From positions 888,370 through 915,784 of the forward strand of contig MU053513.1 of the NCBI GenBank assembly GCA_013239625.1: 27,415 bases of DNA. Reading direction: 5' to 3'. Numbering within the stretch: position 1 is the stretch's first letter; every line of letters starts with the position of its first letter. The notes beneath the pieces are model-generated. The model was not told where the DNA came from and ran no database searches. It saw nothing but the letters and a program-made list of their open reading frames with translations. This document shows positions 11,481 to 23,829 of the stretch, piece after piece. The translations under genes and the position numbers were made by a program. Origin of the DNA: Lama guanicoe. Taxonomy: Eukaryota.

Positions 11481-12149
11481 TATATTTCATTATATAATCG
11501 TTATTAGAAGAGAGAGGTGGAAAGGGGTACAGCAGTTTTAATGCTTACAATCTCTTGTTCTCTCTAGCTGTTGATTTTTAGAGTGGATTATTTAAAGGGG
11601 GATTCTGGTTATACCTGTTCTTGGTGAATCATTTTATCATTTGCTACAAAACTGTTGAGTTGTAAGATAAGGAAGTGCTCCACTTTTTTCTTCAATTAAC
11701 ACTTTATTGTTTGCGTGTCTGCAATACTATAAAATATTGAAATATTAGCATGTGGCCCCACATTATTTATTTTTAGGTTGGCCTGCAAGTTTTGCCTGCT
11801 ATAAACAAGAAAGTACAAGGAGTTAGTGCTCCAAATATCTACTTTGTTAGCACAATTAAAATTGAATTGTCAGTTAACATTTCACTTAAATTTTTTCTTA
11901 TAACCAAGCATTATACAGATTACAGGCTTTTGTGTCATATTCAAGAGTGATTATTTTAAAATTTTTAAAATGTGCACTTTTAGCTTTTACATTAAAAAAA
12001 GAATCTCCAAAAATAGATATTTGCATGGTATCGAGGTTCTGTACCGAAACAGTTATAAGCATCAATTAGGCTTCTGTATTATGACTTAGGTAAATTTCTG
12101 TTTTTAAAGATTAAAATACTAGGATAAAAGTAGCTTCACAGCTTAGCTT

Positions 12150-12350
12150 ATTCAAGTCCATGTATGGTCACTATCTCCTTTATCGCTGAAAGCAATTCTA
12201 CAGAAATTTTCAAAGGAGCAATATTAACATCACCACTTTGTAGGTGAGAAAACAAAGAGACACAAAATAGAACTAAGCAGCTGGCCTGAAATACAGCGCC
12301 TCGTTGTAACTAAAGGTTTATCCTCCCGATTTAAAGTCGTCCTACTTTTT
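12150..12350 (-). mobile_element. MIR fragment
   Basis: ATATTAACATCACCACTTTGTAGGTGAGAAAACAAAGAGAC resembles the antisense core ATTATCCCCATTTTACAGATGAGGAAACTGAGGC. Confidence 0.5.
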
Positions 12351-14240
12351 AACACACCAACAGGCAGACTTGTGTGCTAATTACATGGCTTTTCTCTTCC
12401 AAAATATCAGGTATGAGTCATTTAGCCAGAACCAAAGGTCCCATTTTCAGGAAGTCTGTACCACAGAGGCGTTAGGCTGAGCTAACTGCGGCCACGGCCC
12501 TCTTTCAGTGGCTTCGAAAGCCGCAACTTTGATACTGTAACAGAATACATCACAGAAGCAGAAAACAGTAATTTTTTGATGAGTTTAACAAAATCTCAAC
12601 GAATAGATTGGCTTGTTGTCTTTGCCCTGCGTGGAGATAAGGGGGACGAGGACATGCAGATGCTTTCTTTGGCATGCCACATGCCACTTTGCAATTACCC
12701 CGTGACAGGGAGCAGTTTTACAGTGATTGATGAAACATGTGAAGGGGGGAGAAAAGGGCTTAATAGAAGAATTTTATTAGGCTTTGAAATGGCATTGCTA
12801 ACAATAGTCCTGGGGGAAAAGTAAACATGAAAACATTTTAAGTAGACAGTAGGAATGCGACCGAATCCCAGCAGCCTAGACTGTCCTTGCTGTTTTCACT
12901 TCCTTTTACATCATATGTGGGGATGTAAACCACTTAATTCTCAGGTTATTGTTGCAACCTTTTCTGCTTTGTACTTTGATCAGAAATAGTGTCTGAAATA
13001 AAAATGAGATACCTCCAAGACTTAAGTGGTTTGTCATAAAAGGATGTTATTAAACATAAAAAAAAAATGCAGTAGCTGCATAGTCTGAGCTAAAAAGGCA
13101 CGAGAGTGATAAAGATTTAAATGTACATTATGCAGTGATATCTGGATCACTGTCTTCTTGAACATTCATTTTCAAGTTGAACAAACTTTGGGAATCAGTC
13201 TCCTTTGCTCTTAGGTATTCGCATCTCAGGTTATATAATCAGTTTTACTATCCCATATTGGGTCAGATCACTGGTCCAGAAAATAAGGCATCATGTCTTT
13301 TCCCAGGGTCTGTACTGTTAGCTAAATCATCTTCCCACAGCTCAGTGTACCTCAGCAGTGGTGTACGGCTGCAGAACTGATGGTGGGAAGCAATTCCTAA
13401 CTGACCCTTAAGGCAGTTATGTTAGGGCTGGAAGCATGATGTTTGATTACACCCAGTATCATTTTCAATTTAAATAGCTATAAATTGCTCACAACTTCTT
13501 TTTTGAATAGCCACAATTTTTTAAATCAATGAACGCTTCTAAGAATTGAAAAAACGTCCATATGTTTATTATATGCCCCATAAAAAAGTGTTTCTTTACA
13601 TGCTTTAATTATTTCTTGAGGCCTTGATTTTATTACATGTCACTTTATTTTTATCCTTTTTACCAGGAAATCCTGTAAAACAGTCAAGTGACTGATGATC
13701 TGAGACCAGCCAGACATAAATGATAAAATAATAATTTTGTGGCATGCTTTAGGATAAAGGCAGATTTATCTTAAAATATAAACAAATGTCATATTTAATC
13801 CTGCTAGAATGAAAATTAGGAGTACAAGGTTTATTTTCCACAGTCCCCAAAGTGGGCCTCAAAGATGCAAATCCAATTAGAGCTTGCCGATTCACTAAAG
13901 AGACTTCAAAAGGCAGAGAAATACAATCAGAAATACAATCTGGTAGCACCCTGGGATTTTGAATACTCCTAACTGGGCGGGGTGCCTTTAGCTTTTTTTC
14001 TGGACTCAGAGGAGTTTGGGGTCAAGTAGGAAAGACAGAAAGGTACACAAAGGAACAAAGAGGGGTTGGAGCAAAGGAAACATGGAACATAAATTCCCTA
14101 ATGAATTCCAGCCTCCGCGTTGCAGTGTGCTCACTAGTGTGATTTATACAAATCCCTACTAAGTTCTCAACAGTTTGTCCCTAAAAATTGTATGACATAC
14201 TCAGATCTGGGTGCAAGCAGCAAGACTCAGGATTGTGGTC

Positions 14241-14360
14241 TCCTCACTGAACAAGCATTTATTGTGCATCTGCTATGTGCCAGATAGACAGACATGTCTG
14301 AGAATTCAAATGTCAATCACTTATGGTCTTTTTCCTGGAGAATCTCACAGTTTAAAATAC
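14241..14360 (-). mobile_element. L2 3' terminus; further decayed L2 pieces at about 14885-14980 and 15700-15900
   Basis: CACTGAACAAGCATTTATTGTGCATCTGCTATGTGCCAG and TCCTGGAGAATCTCACAGTTTA. Confidence 0.7.
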
Positions 14361-14990
14361 AGAACGTATTTATCGATAGTTCATCAACATAATAATAAAA
14401 TATGGAAACCATATTTTAACAATAATAAAATATAAAAACAAGCTTCTATGCACACCATAGTTTCACACATCATTTTTCTAAGAAAAGGTAATCTTCTGTG
14501 ACCATTTTTCTTAAGTAGACTGGCACCATATTTTGGAATTACTTAAAATGTATTATTTGATTAATTTTATTAGCCACAGGTTTTAAATATGTCCTCACCA
14601 TTGTTGTTCTTTATTTTGTACATGGTGAGGTATTGGTCAGATTTGAAAGGATACATTATCAGAAAGATGGAAAAAAATCATTGAAATTAAATTTCTGTAT
14701 TCTTTTCTTTAAAAAAAAGCTATGTATATTATATATACATACATACATAAACATATATACATATATGTATATATATTAGTTATGCAAAATACACAAATGA
14801 CATTTTTTGAAGAATGTTTGATATGACTTTGGGGAAATAGTTAAAGAAAAAGAGGTCATAGTGACATTTTCAGGATAAAGTTTATGCTTGGATGGAGAAG
14901 ACAGGGGAGAGAAAGGAATCAAAGATGTCTTCAATATGGGTCTGCAGGAGGACTTATGAAATGATAGTGTGGATAAAAAGAACTTGAAGG

Positions 14991-15689
14991 GTTTTTTTCA
15001 GTTTTTAGTAAAAAGCTAAAAATAGACTTACCTTATGCTCCAGCAATCCCACTCCAAGGCATCTATCTAGAGAAAACTCTAGCTGGAAAAGACACCTGCA
15101 CCCCAATGTTCACAGCAGCACTATTTACAACAGCCAAGACATGGAAGCAACCTAAAGGTCCGTTAATAGATGATTGGATAAAGAAGTGTAGTATGTATAC
15201 ATACATATAATGGAATACTGCTCAACCATAAAAAGAATAAAATAATGCCATTTGCTGCAACATGCTAGACCTGGAGACCGTCATTCTAAGTGAAGCCAGA
15301 AAGAGAAAGGAAAAATAACAGATGATGTCACTTATATGTGGAATCTAAAAAAAAAGACACAAATGAATTTGTTTATAAAAGAGAAACAGACTCACAGAAA
15401 TGAAAAACAAACTTATGGTCACCAGGTGGGGAAGGGGGAAGGAAGGGATAAAGTGGGAGTATGAGATTTGCTGATACTAACTACTATATATAAATCAGAT
15501 AAGCAATAAGTTTATACTGTATAGTGCATGGAACTTTATTCAATATCTTGTAGTAACCTAAGATGGAAAGAATATAAAAACAAATATGTGTATGTATATG
15601 TATGACTGAAATTTTATGCTGGACACCAGAAATTGACACAACATTGTAAACTGACTATACTTCAATTTTTTTTAAAAAGGGAAAAAATA
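14991..15689 (+). mobile_element. Young 5'-truncated lineage-specific (camelid-type) L1 with TSD
   Basis: ORF2 end CACCCCAATGTTCACAGCAGCACTATTTAC; 3' UTR ending GACTATACTTCAAT plus A-rich tail; direct repeat AACTTGAAGG at 14981-14990 and 15690-15699. Confidence 0.93.
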
Positions 15690-17039
15690 AACTTGAAGGA
15701 GGCAAAATGGCTGTCCTCTTAGAAGAAGGTAATGAATGAAAATGTTCCGTATTTAGTAGGGAGAAATGCTGAGAGAGATTAAGTGGGACTATCTGGTAGC
15801 TATTGAGTTAAAGTGTAGAGAGAGATCAAAGATAGGAAAAAAAGCGTAGCTATGTCCCCCCGGTAATAGTTGAACACAGAGAGTGAATGTGATCTCTAAG
15901 GAGAAGGACAAAGGCGCTAACTAAGGTACTTAAGGGATGCGTTAAATGTCGATCGCAGCGTAACCTGAATTCTCGGCTTGCTCTGCCCTTCAAGCCCTGT
16001 TCCAGGATGCAGGACTGCTTTCCCACGGAGGAGGGGATGCTTTTTACAGATTGATGCAAAGGCTCCATATGTTCCCCTACTTTCCTGCCCACCAAGCTGT
16101 GTCCACCCAGAGGAGACACGTTTTTCTAATACATACAATGGTGTCATCTCAAAGACACACATACACTTACACTAAATGGAATCAAGTGACTTGAGCCATC
16201 TGTTCTTGTTCAAACTGTAGTTCATTAGTTAAAAGGCCAAAGTCAATGGAGTGGACCATGAACAGCTTTTTAAAACATACTGAGATAATATAGAATTGAC
16301 AATATCAAAGCACAATAAATGACAGAAGGGTAAATCATTTTATGAAAAAGTTGTTTCAATGTATTTATGAATATACCCATACATGGGGATATATGCACTT
16401 CCTACCATAGGTGACTATATATATAAAAAAAAAATAGTTGGCAAATCTTAACCTAAGAAATACACAGTAAAGTAGAAGAGTTACGACAATATCTCAAATT
16501 TTCTAACTCTACATCCTGATCACAGCTGGCTGTGCAAACTATCTATGTGGTCCGGGAGCAAGGATGGTTATGTTAGGTCACTCAGTAAGGGTGTCAGAGC
16601 TATAATTATTGTTTCAAGAACAAGAGATCATTGTCAGATGTATGGTCTGTTCTGAAGGCTTATGGTTGCCAGAAACCTGATTTAAATTAAACCTGATTAT
16701 GGCATTTGTGTGATCATTTTAAATGCTAGATATTTTTTATAATATGTAATATGTAAAATCGTAAACTGCCATGGATACAGATATAGTTCAGAAAACACCT
16801 GGATAACTTTTGTAAAACTTAATTGTTTTAGGAAAGTCATGGTTCAGGCTGATGCTTTTTTAAAAAAAGCCACATTTTTATGTTAGTGAAGTAGTTCATA
16901 GGAAGATACGCCTCCAAACAAGCATGTCTCTTAACAGGTGCCAGAGAGATTTCAACTAGGTAGGAAGCAGTGCGGGGTGGGGCTCATCGTTGTGTTTTTC
17001 AAGATATTTCCCTTATTAAACTACAGATGCCATCTAATA

Positions 17040-18050
17040 AAGTTAGCCAATATTCTTCAAAATATTATTTTGAATGGCTGTAGATTAGCAGATAATCCAA
17101 AATATTTGTAATGGGAATTGAGTCTTTGGCTTATTCTTGCCATCATAGTACTTTGTGAAAATTCTTGAATTAACTTTTGCCCTATCTTTGACCCTCAGAA
17201 TTATTACCTGGAAGGGAAATTTCTGGGGGAAAAATGTGGCCATTTTTAGGGCTCTTGATTTAACAGTGTATATAGACCACCTTTAGCAGGATATGTGAGG
17301 GCTCTGATTATACAAACTCTGGTTCCATATTCTCTTAAGTCACTATATTTTCTCCTTTATAGTTATGGGAAATTAAAATGTTGAAGTGTTAAAGTAATGA
17401 AAAAAGAGTTTAAAAGAATAAAATCAAATGAAATACAAGTTGAATACTATTACTTCTGCAAATCCCTTGCTATTAAAAATAAAAACAGTCCAAAACACAG
17501 TTCTGACACTTTCCCTCGGAGAAAGAAAAGAATTCAAAGGTCAGAGTGGAGGCAGGCCTGGAGAAAGACATTAGGGAAGAAGTTCATGTGTCTTTGCTCT
17601 TACTGCCATATGCCCCAGTCTGGTTTAAAAACTTGTGTAGTAGCAAATAGGAAATACAGTGTCTGATAGTGTCATACCAGCGACAATGGACTGGTAATCA
17701 CGAAAGAAAAAATCTATAGCTTTAATAAAAATGATCATTTTTAAATATACCTTGCCAATTTTATAGATGATGATTGGCTTTGCCTTGCTATTTTAAGTAG
17801 AATGTCTTTATTAGTAAGGATAAATAGTTATTTGCAGGGCAGTTATATATTTTTAATTCTTTTGTGAATTATAGACACATTTCTAATGTCAGAAGGCTAC
17901 AAAATTTCCATTATAATTTCTGATTTCTTCTGTTCTATGCATTATTTAGACGTTTTTGGTTTCTTGCTGTTGTTTTCTAAAACTTTGTGTAATTTTAATT
18001 TAAAAATTTGTTAACTCTTTATGCTGTTGATAACTAATTTAATTCACTGT
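17040..18050 (-). mobile_element. Very decayed L1ME-like fragments (about 17040-17360 and 17720-18050)
   Basis: TACCTGGAAGGGAAATTTCTGGG..AAAATGTGGCCATTTTTAGGGCTCTTGAT, CCTTGCCAATTTTATAG and TTCTTTTGTGAATT resemble antisense old L1 3' regions. Confidence 0.45.
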
Positions 18051-18829
18051 TGTCAGCAATACTATTTTATATTATATATTATAAAAAGTGGAGAAACCTA
18101 ATTCAGCATGAAAGAATCGAAAAATAGGGAGAAAGGAAATTAGAGTGAGGAATTTGAAAAATGAGTGTTAAAACTCTTGCTTTCCCCAAAATAGTAAGTT
18201 GCAAGTTTAGTGCCATTTCTTGCTCAAATACTAACACAATTGTATCTTTAGGAATGGATAATAAAATATGCACGGCTGAGGGAAGCTGGTGTAACCAATG
18301 TGGGCATCAGGAAGGGATATCACTCAGGCTTGGAACTCTGTCCTTTGGAGCTTAAAACTGAGTGTTCGGAAAGTTAAGTGAATTTTCAGTGTATGCGCAA
18401 TGCAACAAAAGCAAGCGAAATCCTAGTTTAGCTAAAAAGAAAACACAAACAAAATTCTGATAGTTTTTGCATTTCAGTGGCATCTGCCATGCCTGAAAGT
18501 AGTAAATATAGAGATTATGATCACAAGTTAGGGAAGGCAGCAGATTATCATAACATACATACTGTTGGATACCAAAGGTAATTCCAAATTTACATTAGAA
18601 TATAATGTGAAAAAGGATTAGAGTCAATTGTATGACACAGTAAAGAAGGTGCTATGTAGTTGTACGGATAAATGTTTAAACTTTCAGTAAGTGTAGGTCG
18701 GATATATTTTTTCCCCAAAATATTTTATTACATCAAGGAAGTGTCAAAATTTATGACATCCTAAAAATCAAGGAAACATGATTTCATTAATAATTAAATC
18801 AAGCAGGCAGTGATGTGGGTATTTACTTT

Positions 18830-19685
18830 GATAGTAAATGTACCATCTGTATTTCCTTTGTCCATTGATTTACTTTCAAGGTTGCTTCCATTTAAACGTT
18901 GTGTGTTTATTATTAACAAAACATAGCTGGATTTCATCTGTAATGTAACTTAATAAGCCGTGTCTTATAATGAGGAAGTATGAGTCTTTTACAGTTGATC
19001 TATTTAATTGATGTTTTCATTCCACTAAAATTATTTCATGTTAGTTATTCTATTGTTTTGAAAACTAAACTGTAAATTTTCAGTCTATTTCCCATTCTTG
19101 ATACTCACAATCAAATTTGTATTTTTGTACTTTATCAAAATTAGGTCAGAGCACTTCCTTTTGCACTGTGCTTTACCTGCCTCTGTACTTTCTCCTCACC
19201 CTGGACAAAGTAAATGTGAGCCCTGTGGACCCTATTATGTCCAGACTGTTTATTAGTCCTTTATTTCAGTAAATATATTATTAAAATCCTAACTATCTTT
19301 TATATTGCACATTCATAATCATACAGTCATCTTCCATTTGAATTTACATATTGCAGGGTTCATTGTCTACTATTGTTACACCTACATCTCATCTTCCCAT
19401 GTTGATATGGCTTCTAAATCCATTATTATTTGATTTGAAAACTGTCTTGAATGTGTCCTTCACACAGAGTGCATGGGTGACCTAGACTCTCGATCCATGT
19501 ATTTCTACCAGTTTTTCTCCCAGATGAGTGAAAATGTTCTCTGGCTGATTAGAGAATTACGATGCCAATTTTATCTCAGTGACTTACACATGCTACCCAA
19601 CCCCGTCTCTCAGTTATGTTAGCAAGAATTTATATTATTTGGATCATTTTTCCTATGAAAGTTGGCAAATTTTTTTGCAGCTGAG
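18830..19685 (-). mobile_element. Very decayed HAL1/L1M5-like fragment
   Basis: AACATAGCTGGATTT, GTCTTATAAT..GAGTCTTTTACAGTT and CTGGCTGATTAGAGAATT are weak antisense matches. Confidence 0.35.
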
Positions 19686-19689
19686 AGCT

Positions 19690-20395
19690 TGTTACCAAAC
19701 CAAGCTTGGGTCTTCTTGCCCGATGTGTGGCAAAAGCCAGTCTCCTGACCAGGTGGTTGTGGTGAAGGGAGGTATAGCATTTACTGCAGGGCACCAAGCA
19801 AGGAGAATGGGTGGCTCATGCTCAAAAGACCTGAGCTCTCGAATGGCTTTTAGGCATTTTAAACACAAAGTTAAGGGAGAAGGTCATAGGATGCATGATC
19901 CACTTGTGGACCTTCTTCTGTTTGGTTGGTGACGAGGTGACAGGGTGACGTTTTGAGAATCTCAATCATCAGCCTTCTGGTTCTAACCAGTCTGGGGTCT
20001 ACATGCTTGTGATCAGCCTGAAGCCACCATCTTCCACCAGGTGGGGGTCTTAGTTTCTGGAGACCCACTCAGTGATATGCTTCAGATCATCATCTATACC
20101 CCTTCTGGAGGAACTGGGAGTCCTGTGACTCCCTTGTTCTGATCATTAACGTTGGAGTCAGCTCTTCGGAAATTCAGAGAAGGCTTGGTGACTAAAGCCT
20201 TTTTTCTACAAACAAGAAATGGGGACATGGAGAGGCTTTTACGACTGGAAAGGCCCCACAGGGTCCTGATTGATTTCAGTCCCCCCTTTCTTTGATGCTC
20301 ATCTATCCTGAGGAACGAGGGCAGGACAAGAAGGGGATAGAGAGGTTAACTGTAAACTCTGCAGGGGAACTCAGTTTTAAGGGAGCTCGGTTTCA
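19690..20395 (-). mobile_element. ERV1-class solo LTR (laurasiatherian/artiodactyl type)
   Basis: 706-bp GC-richer block with TG...CA ends (minus strand TGAAACCGAG...TTTGGTAACA); AGTAAA signal at 19780-19785(-); flanks AGCT/ACCT give a 3/4 match to a 4-bp TSD. Confidence 0.85.
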
Positions 20396-22289
20396 ACCTT
20401 GTAAGATTTTTCTATTATGGATGTGATTGAATATGTATTACTTTAATGACTAGAAACAAAAGCATTAAAACTAGTTTCTCAAAAACGATTTCATAACCAT
20501 CACTCAAGTACCAGAAAGCCTGTATATCAGTATTATTCATTTTTACTATTACAGTTTATAGATACAATGAAATGAAAAAAAAAGCTTCAGAATAATTGGT
20601 TTATAATTTGAAATAAATATATGAGGATTTTTATCCTACCATTTGTATCAAATGAACAGGAGAAGTGGCTTCCAGTGTCTAGAGAAATAAGATGGCATAT
20701 TTTTCTATTCACCTTCTCACACTTGGTTTTCCTGTTTGCTCTAAAATGTGTGTTTTAATCATTCTGACAAAGAAAGGATGAAAAAAATGACAGTAGTATA
20801 AAATGAGAATATTTTCCTAAGTGCTACATTTCCCTGGGAAAATAAGTAAATGTCAAAACAGCAACAGAGACTGTTCACACGTTTTTTTTTTTTTCTTGGT
20901 TTGTATACCCTTTCCATAATCTGATCCATAGTCAAGGCACACTTTTCCTTTCAGAAGACTTTCAAATGATACTTGTTACTTCAAATTATTTAAAAAACAC
21001 ATTTCCACTAAATACATTTTTTCAAATAATGAATACCCTGCTATGAACACTGTATTCTTGTGTAATCCTACTTCCTTTACCTAGTATTTCGAGGTAAGTT
21101 CTAACTTTTTGCATTTGATGTGTCTGAATTTTCTTTACTAAATTGGGCTTATTAATTACATGGTCACGGGAAACATATGTTGACACTATGTGTTTCATAA
21201 TCAAGAATGATGAAGTAGGAAGTATGTCTTCAGGACTGGATTTGTATTTTTATCTGTATTTTGAATGATTCTGCCTATGTCCATCCGTTTATGTGGAGGG
21301 GTGGGTTATGTCTGTATCATACTCATATTCTGGCCCGCACTTAAAGGTTCAGGTGCAGAAGAAATCCCCAGAAGGGAAGAAGGACGTGCTTCTGCGTCTC
21401 CCCTTTGGTACCCTTCCTCGTCTTAGATGGCGGTTGGTAATGACGGTTTCAGCATGGAAGCAGTAACTCCATTACTTTTCTTGACTGACTGCACCCATTC
21501 TAGTTTCATTGCAGCTCCTCTTTTTTTCTTTCCTTTCTGCTGACCTTTTCCTCCCCTTTACCTCCATGACTATATGTTTACCTTCATATCCCCCCGAAAA
21601 ATACAAACTACACAGGAAGTTCACAATTGAGGAGGCTCATAAGGATGGTTTTTCTAAGTTCATTAGACAGTACTGGATAAGAGTAGACAATCACCAGTGT
21701 TACTGAAAACAAATCAGCCCAGCAGGCTGCCTGGGGGAGAAATAGAAAAAAAAAAAAAAAGCAAGCATCTGCATTGCTCCACCTTTGACTTTGAGGGCCT
21801 GTTTCACAAGAAATCACATAATGGTTATAGTCATTTTAGTGTTCACATTTACGGAGCAATGCTGGCAATCATGTCCAGAGGGAAAATGTGTGTTAGAGCA
21901 ATGCTGCTGGTAAGGTTCTATGGCTTTCAAGTTGTTATAATCAATTTGAACCCAGGCGGTAATATTTCAAGTGCTAGAAAAAGAAAGGGGGATATTTTCT
22001 CTTTTGTAATTATTTTTCTCCATCTGTGGTCAATAGATTGAAAAAGTCGAACACTGACTAAAATCTGGTTCAGACTCTGGAATGCCAGTAACTTATATGG
22101 CAGTAAAATTCTACTTTATTATACAGGACGTAATACAATTACATGGTTTGTTGCCAAAGATGTGTCATTACTAGGGAACTCAGTATCACTCTTGAATTTG
22201 AAGAATTAGATGCTCACTATTTGTGCCTTGTTTAGAAGCACACTTTGTAAAATACACCTCACACTGCAATGCAGAGATATAATTTGGCC

Positions 22290-22475
22290 TTGTGGAGCCA
22301 GGCAGTGTTAAATATAAAAACCATATCCAACAGATTCTTTCTCTAAACTAGCATAATTTAACCCATCTGAGCTTTAGCTCCCTAGTAAGTAAAATGCGAA
22401 CAATATCAATCATTATGTTACTGCAAAGATTAAATAAAATAAAATGAGCCATCTAGTAGAATGTCTGAAGAATGT
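22290..22475 (+). mobile_element. MIR SINE
   Basis: TGGAGCCAGGCAG, ATTTAACCCATCTGAGCTTTAGCTCCCT..GTAAAATG and AAAGATTAAATAA. Confidence 0.6.
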
Positions 22476-22834
22476 TTCCCCTTGTCTTTCAGATTATTAG
22501 GTATAAATCATGCTGATCTGGTTTTTAATTTAAGCTCACAATAACTAAATGAGTAACTAACCATCCAACCATAGGAACAAGCTGCCCAGAAATGTATTGA
22601 GAGAAGATATTTCTGGCATGTGTACCTGTTTATTATCTTAAAGCCCTGTGTAGTTTCCTGGTAGACTGAACTGAACCATGTGGAAACGCCCATGGAATTT
22701 TCTGGTCAACACTGAGAACAAAGACATGGTAAGGGGCTTCCTTAGTCCTTTTCTCTTCTCTCACATCATAACCTCTGGACTTTAACACTCAGTTGGTAGG
22801 CAGAGGCAAGCTCGGGTAGACACATACCAAGAAC

Positions 22835-22960
22835 AGAGAGAGAGAGAGAGGGAGAGAAAGGAAAAGGAAGGAAGGAAGAAGGAAAGAAAGAAGGAAAGAA
22901 AGGGAAGAAGAAAGGAAGGAAGGAAGGAAGGAAGGTAGGAAGGAAGGAAGGAAAAGAAAG
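22835..22960. repeat. Polypurine (GA)n/(GGAA)n compound microsatellite
   Basis: 126 bp of purines with a single T (22936). Confidence 0.97.
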
Positions 22961-23106
22961 TGTAATGATTCCTAAGGCAAAGTTCATGTAAACTACTGGG
23001 ATCAAAGCAGGAGGAGTCAGAGAAAAGGTCCATGTAGAGATAAGTGCAAAAGAAGGCAGTGGGTTTGCTCCCTGCACTGGAGCCTAGTAAGTGCCAGGCT
23101 CTTACT

Positions 23107-23120
23107 TATTTTATTTTATT

Positions 23121-23171
<51 letters not shown>

Positions 23172-23184
23172 CCTGTCTATCTAT
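23107..23184. repeat. (TATTT)3(TATC)12 compound microsatellite at an L1 tail
   Basis: 12 perfect TATC units at 23122-23169, then TACC TGTC TATC. Confidence 0.95.
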
Positions 23185-23269
23185 TTTTAATTGAAGTATA
23201 GTTGTTTTAAAAAGGTATGTTAATTTCTGGTGTACAGTATGGTGATTCATTTATATGCATGCATGTGTG

Positions 23270-23303
<34 letters not shown>

Positions 23304-23790
23304 TATTCCTTTTCATGTCCTTTTTCATTATAGGCTGTTACAAGATATTGAATATAGTTCCCTGTGCTAAACAGAAGGACTTTGTTGTTAATCTATTTTA
23401 TATATAATAGTTAGTATCTGCAAATCCAGGTCTCCCAGTTTATCCCTCCACCCCTTCTTTCCCCTCTGGCAACCATAAGTTTGTTTACTATGTCTGTGAG
23501 TCTGTTTCTGTTTTATAAATAAGTTCATTTATGTCACTTTTTTTAGATTCCACAGATAAGTTATATCATACGGTATTTTCTTTCTCTTTCTGGCTTACTT
23601 CACTTAGAATGACAATCTCCAGTTTCATCCATATTGCTGCAGATGGCAATATTTCGTTTTTTTATGGCTGAGTAGTATTCCATTGTGTATATATAGCACA
23701 TCTTTTTTATCCAGTCGTCTGTTGTTGGACATTTAGGTTACATCCATGTCTTGGTTCCTGCAAATAGTGCTGCTATGAACATTGCATGTA
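23185..23790 (-). mobile_element. Young 5'-truncated lineage-specific (camelid-type) L1 3' end
   Basis: TTTTAATTGAAGTATAGTTG, TTCTGGCTTACTTCACTTAGAATGACAATCTCCAG and AAATAGTGCTGCTATGAACATTG; clearly homologous to the 14991-15689 copy. Confidence 0.93.
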
Positions 23791-23829
23791 TCTTGCTTCT
23801 GATTCATCTTCTGGAAGAGAATAAGGGAG

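Noticed and set aside
12649..12688. Cluster of CATG cores resembling p53-family half sites
   Set aside because: Each half site has two or more mismatches to RRRCWWGYYY and the spacing is non-canonical
13917..13940. Tandem duplication (AGAAATACAATC)x2
   Set aside because: Simple slippage duplication with no evidence of function
19579..20068. ORFs of 117 and 65 aa
   Set aside because: Lie largely in the GC-richer solo LTR and show no gag/pol/env similarity
22766..23077. Phe/Pro/Ser/Leu-rich ORFs
   Set aside because: Translation of the GGAA/GA microsatellite
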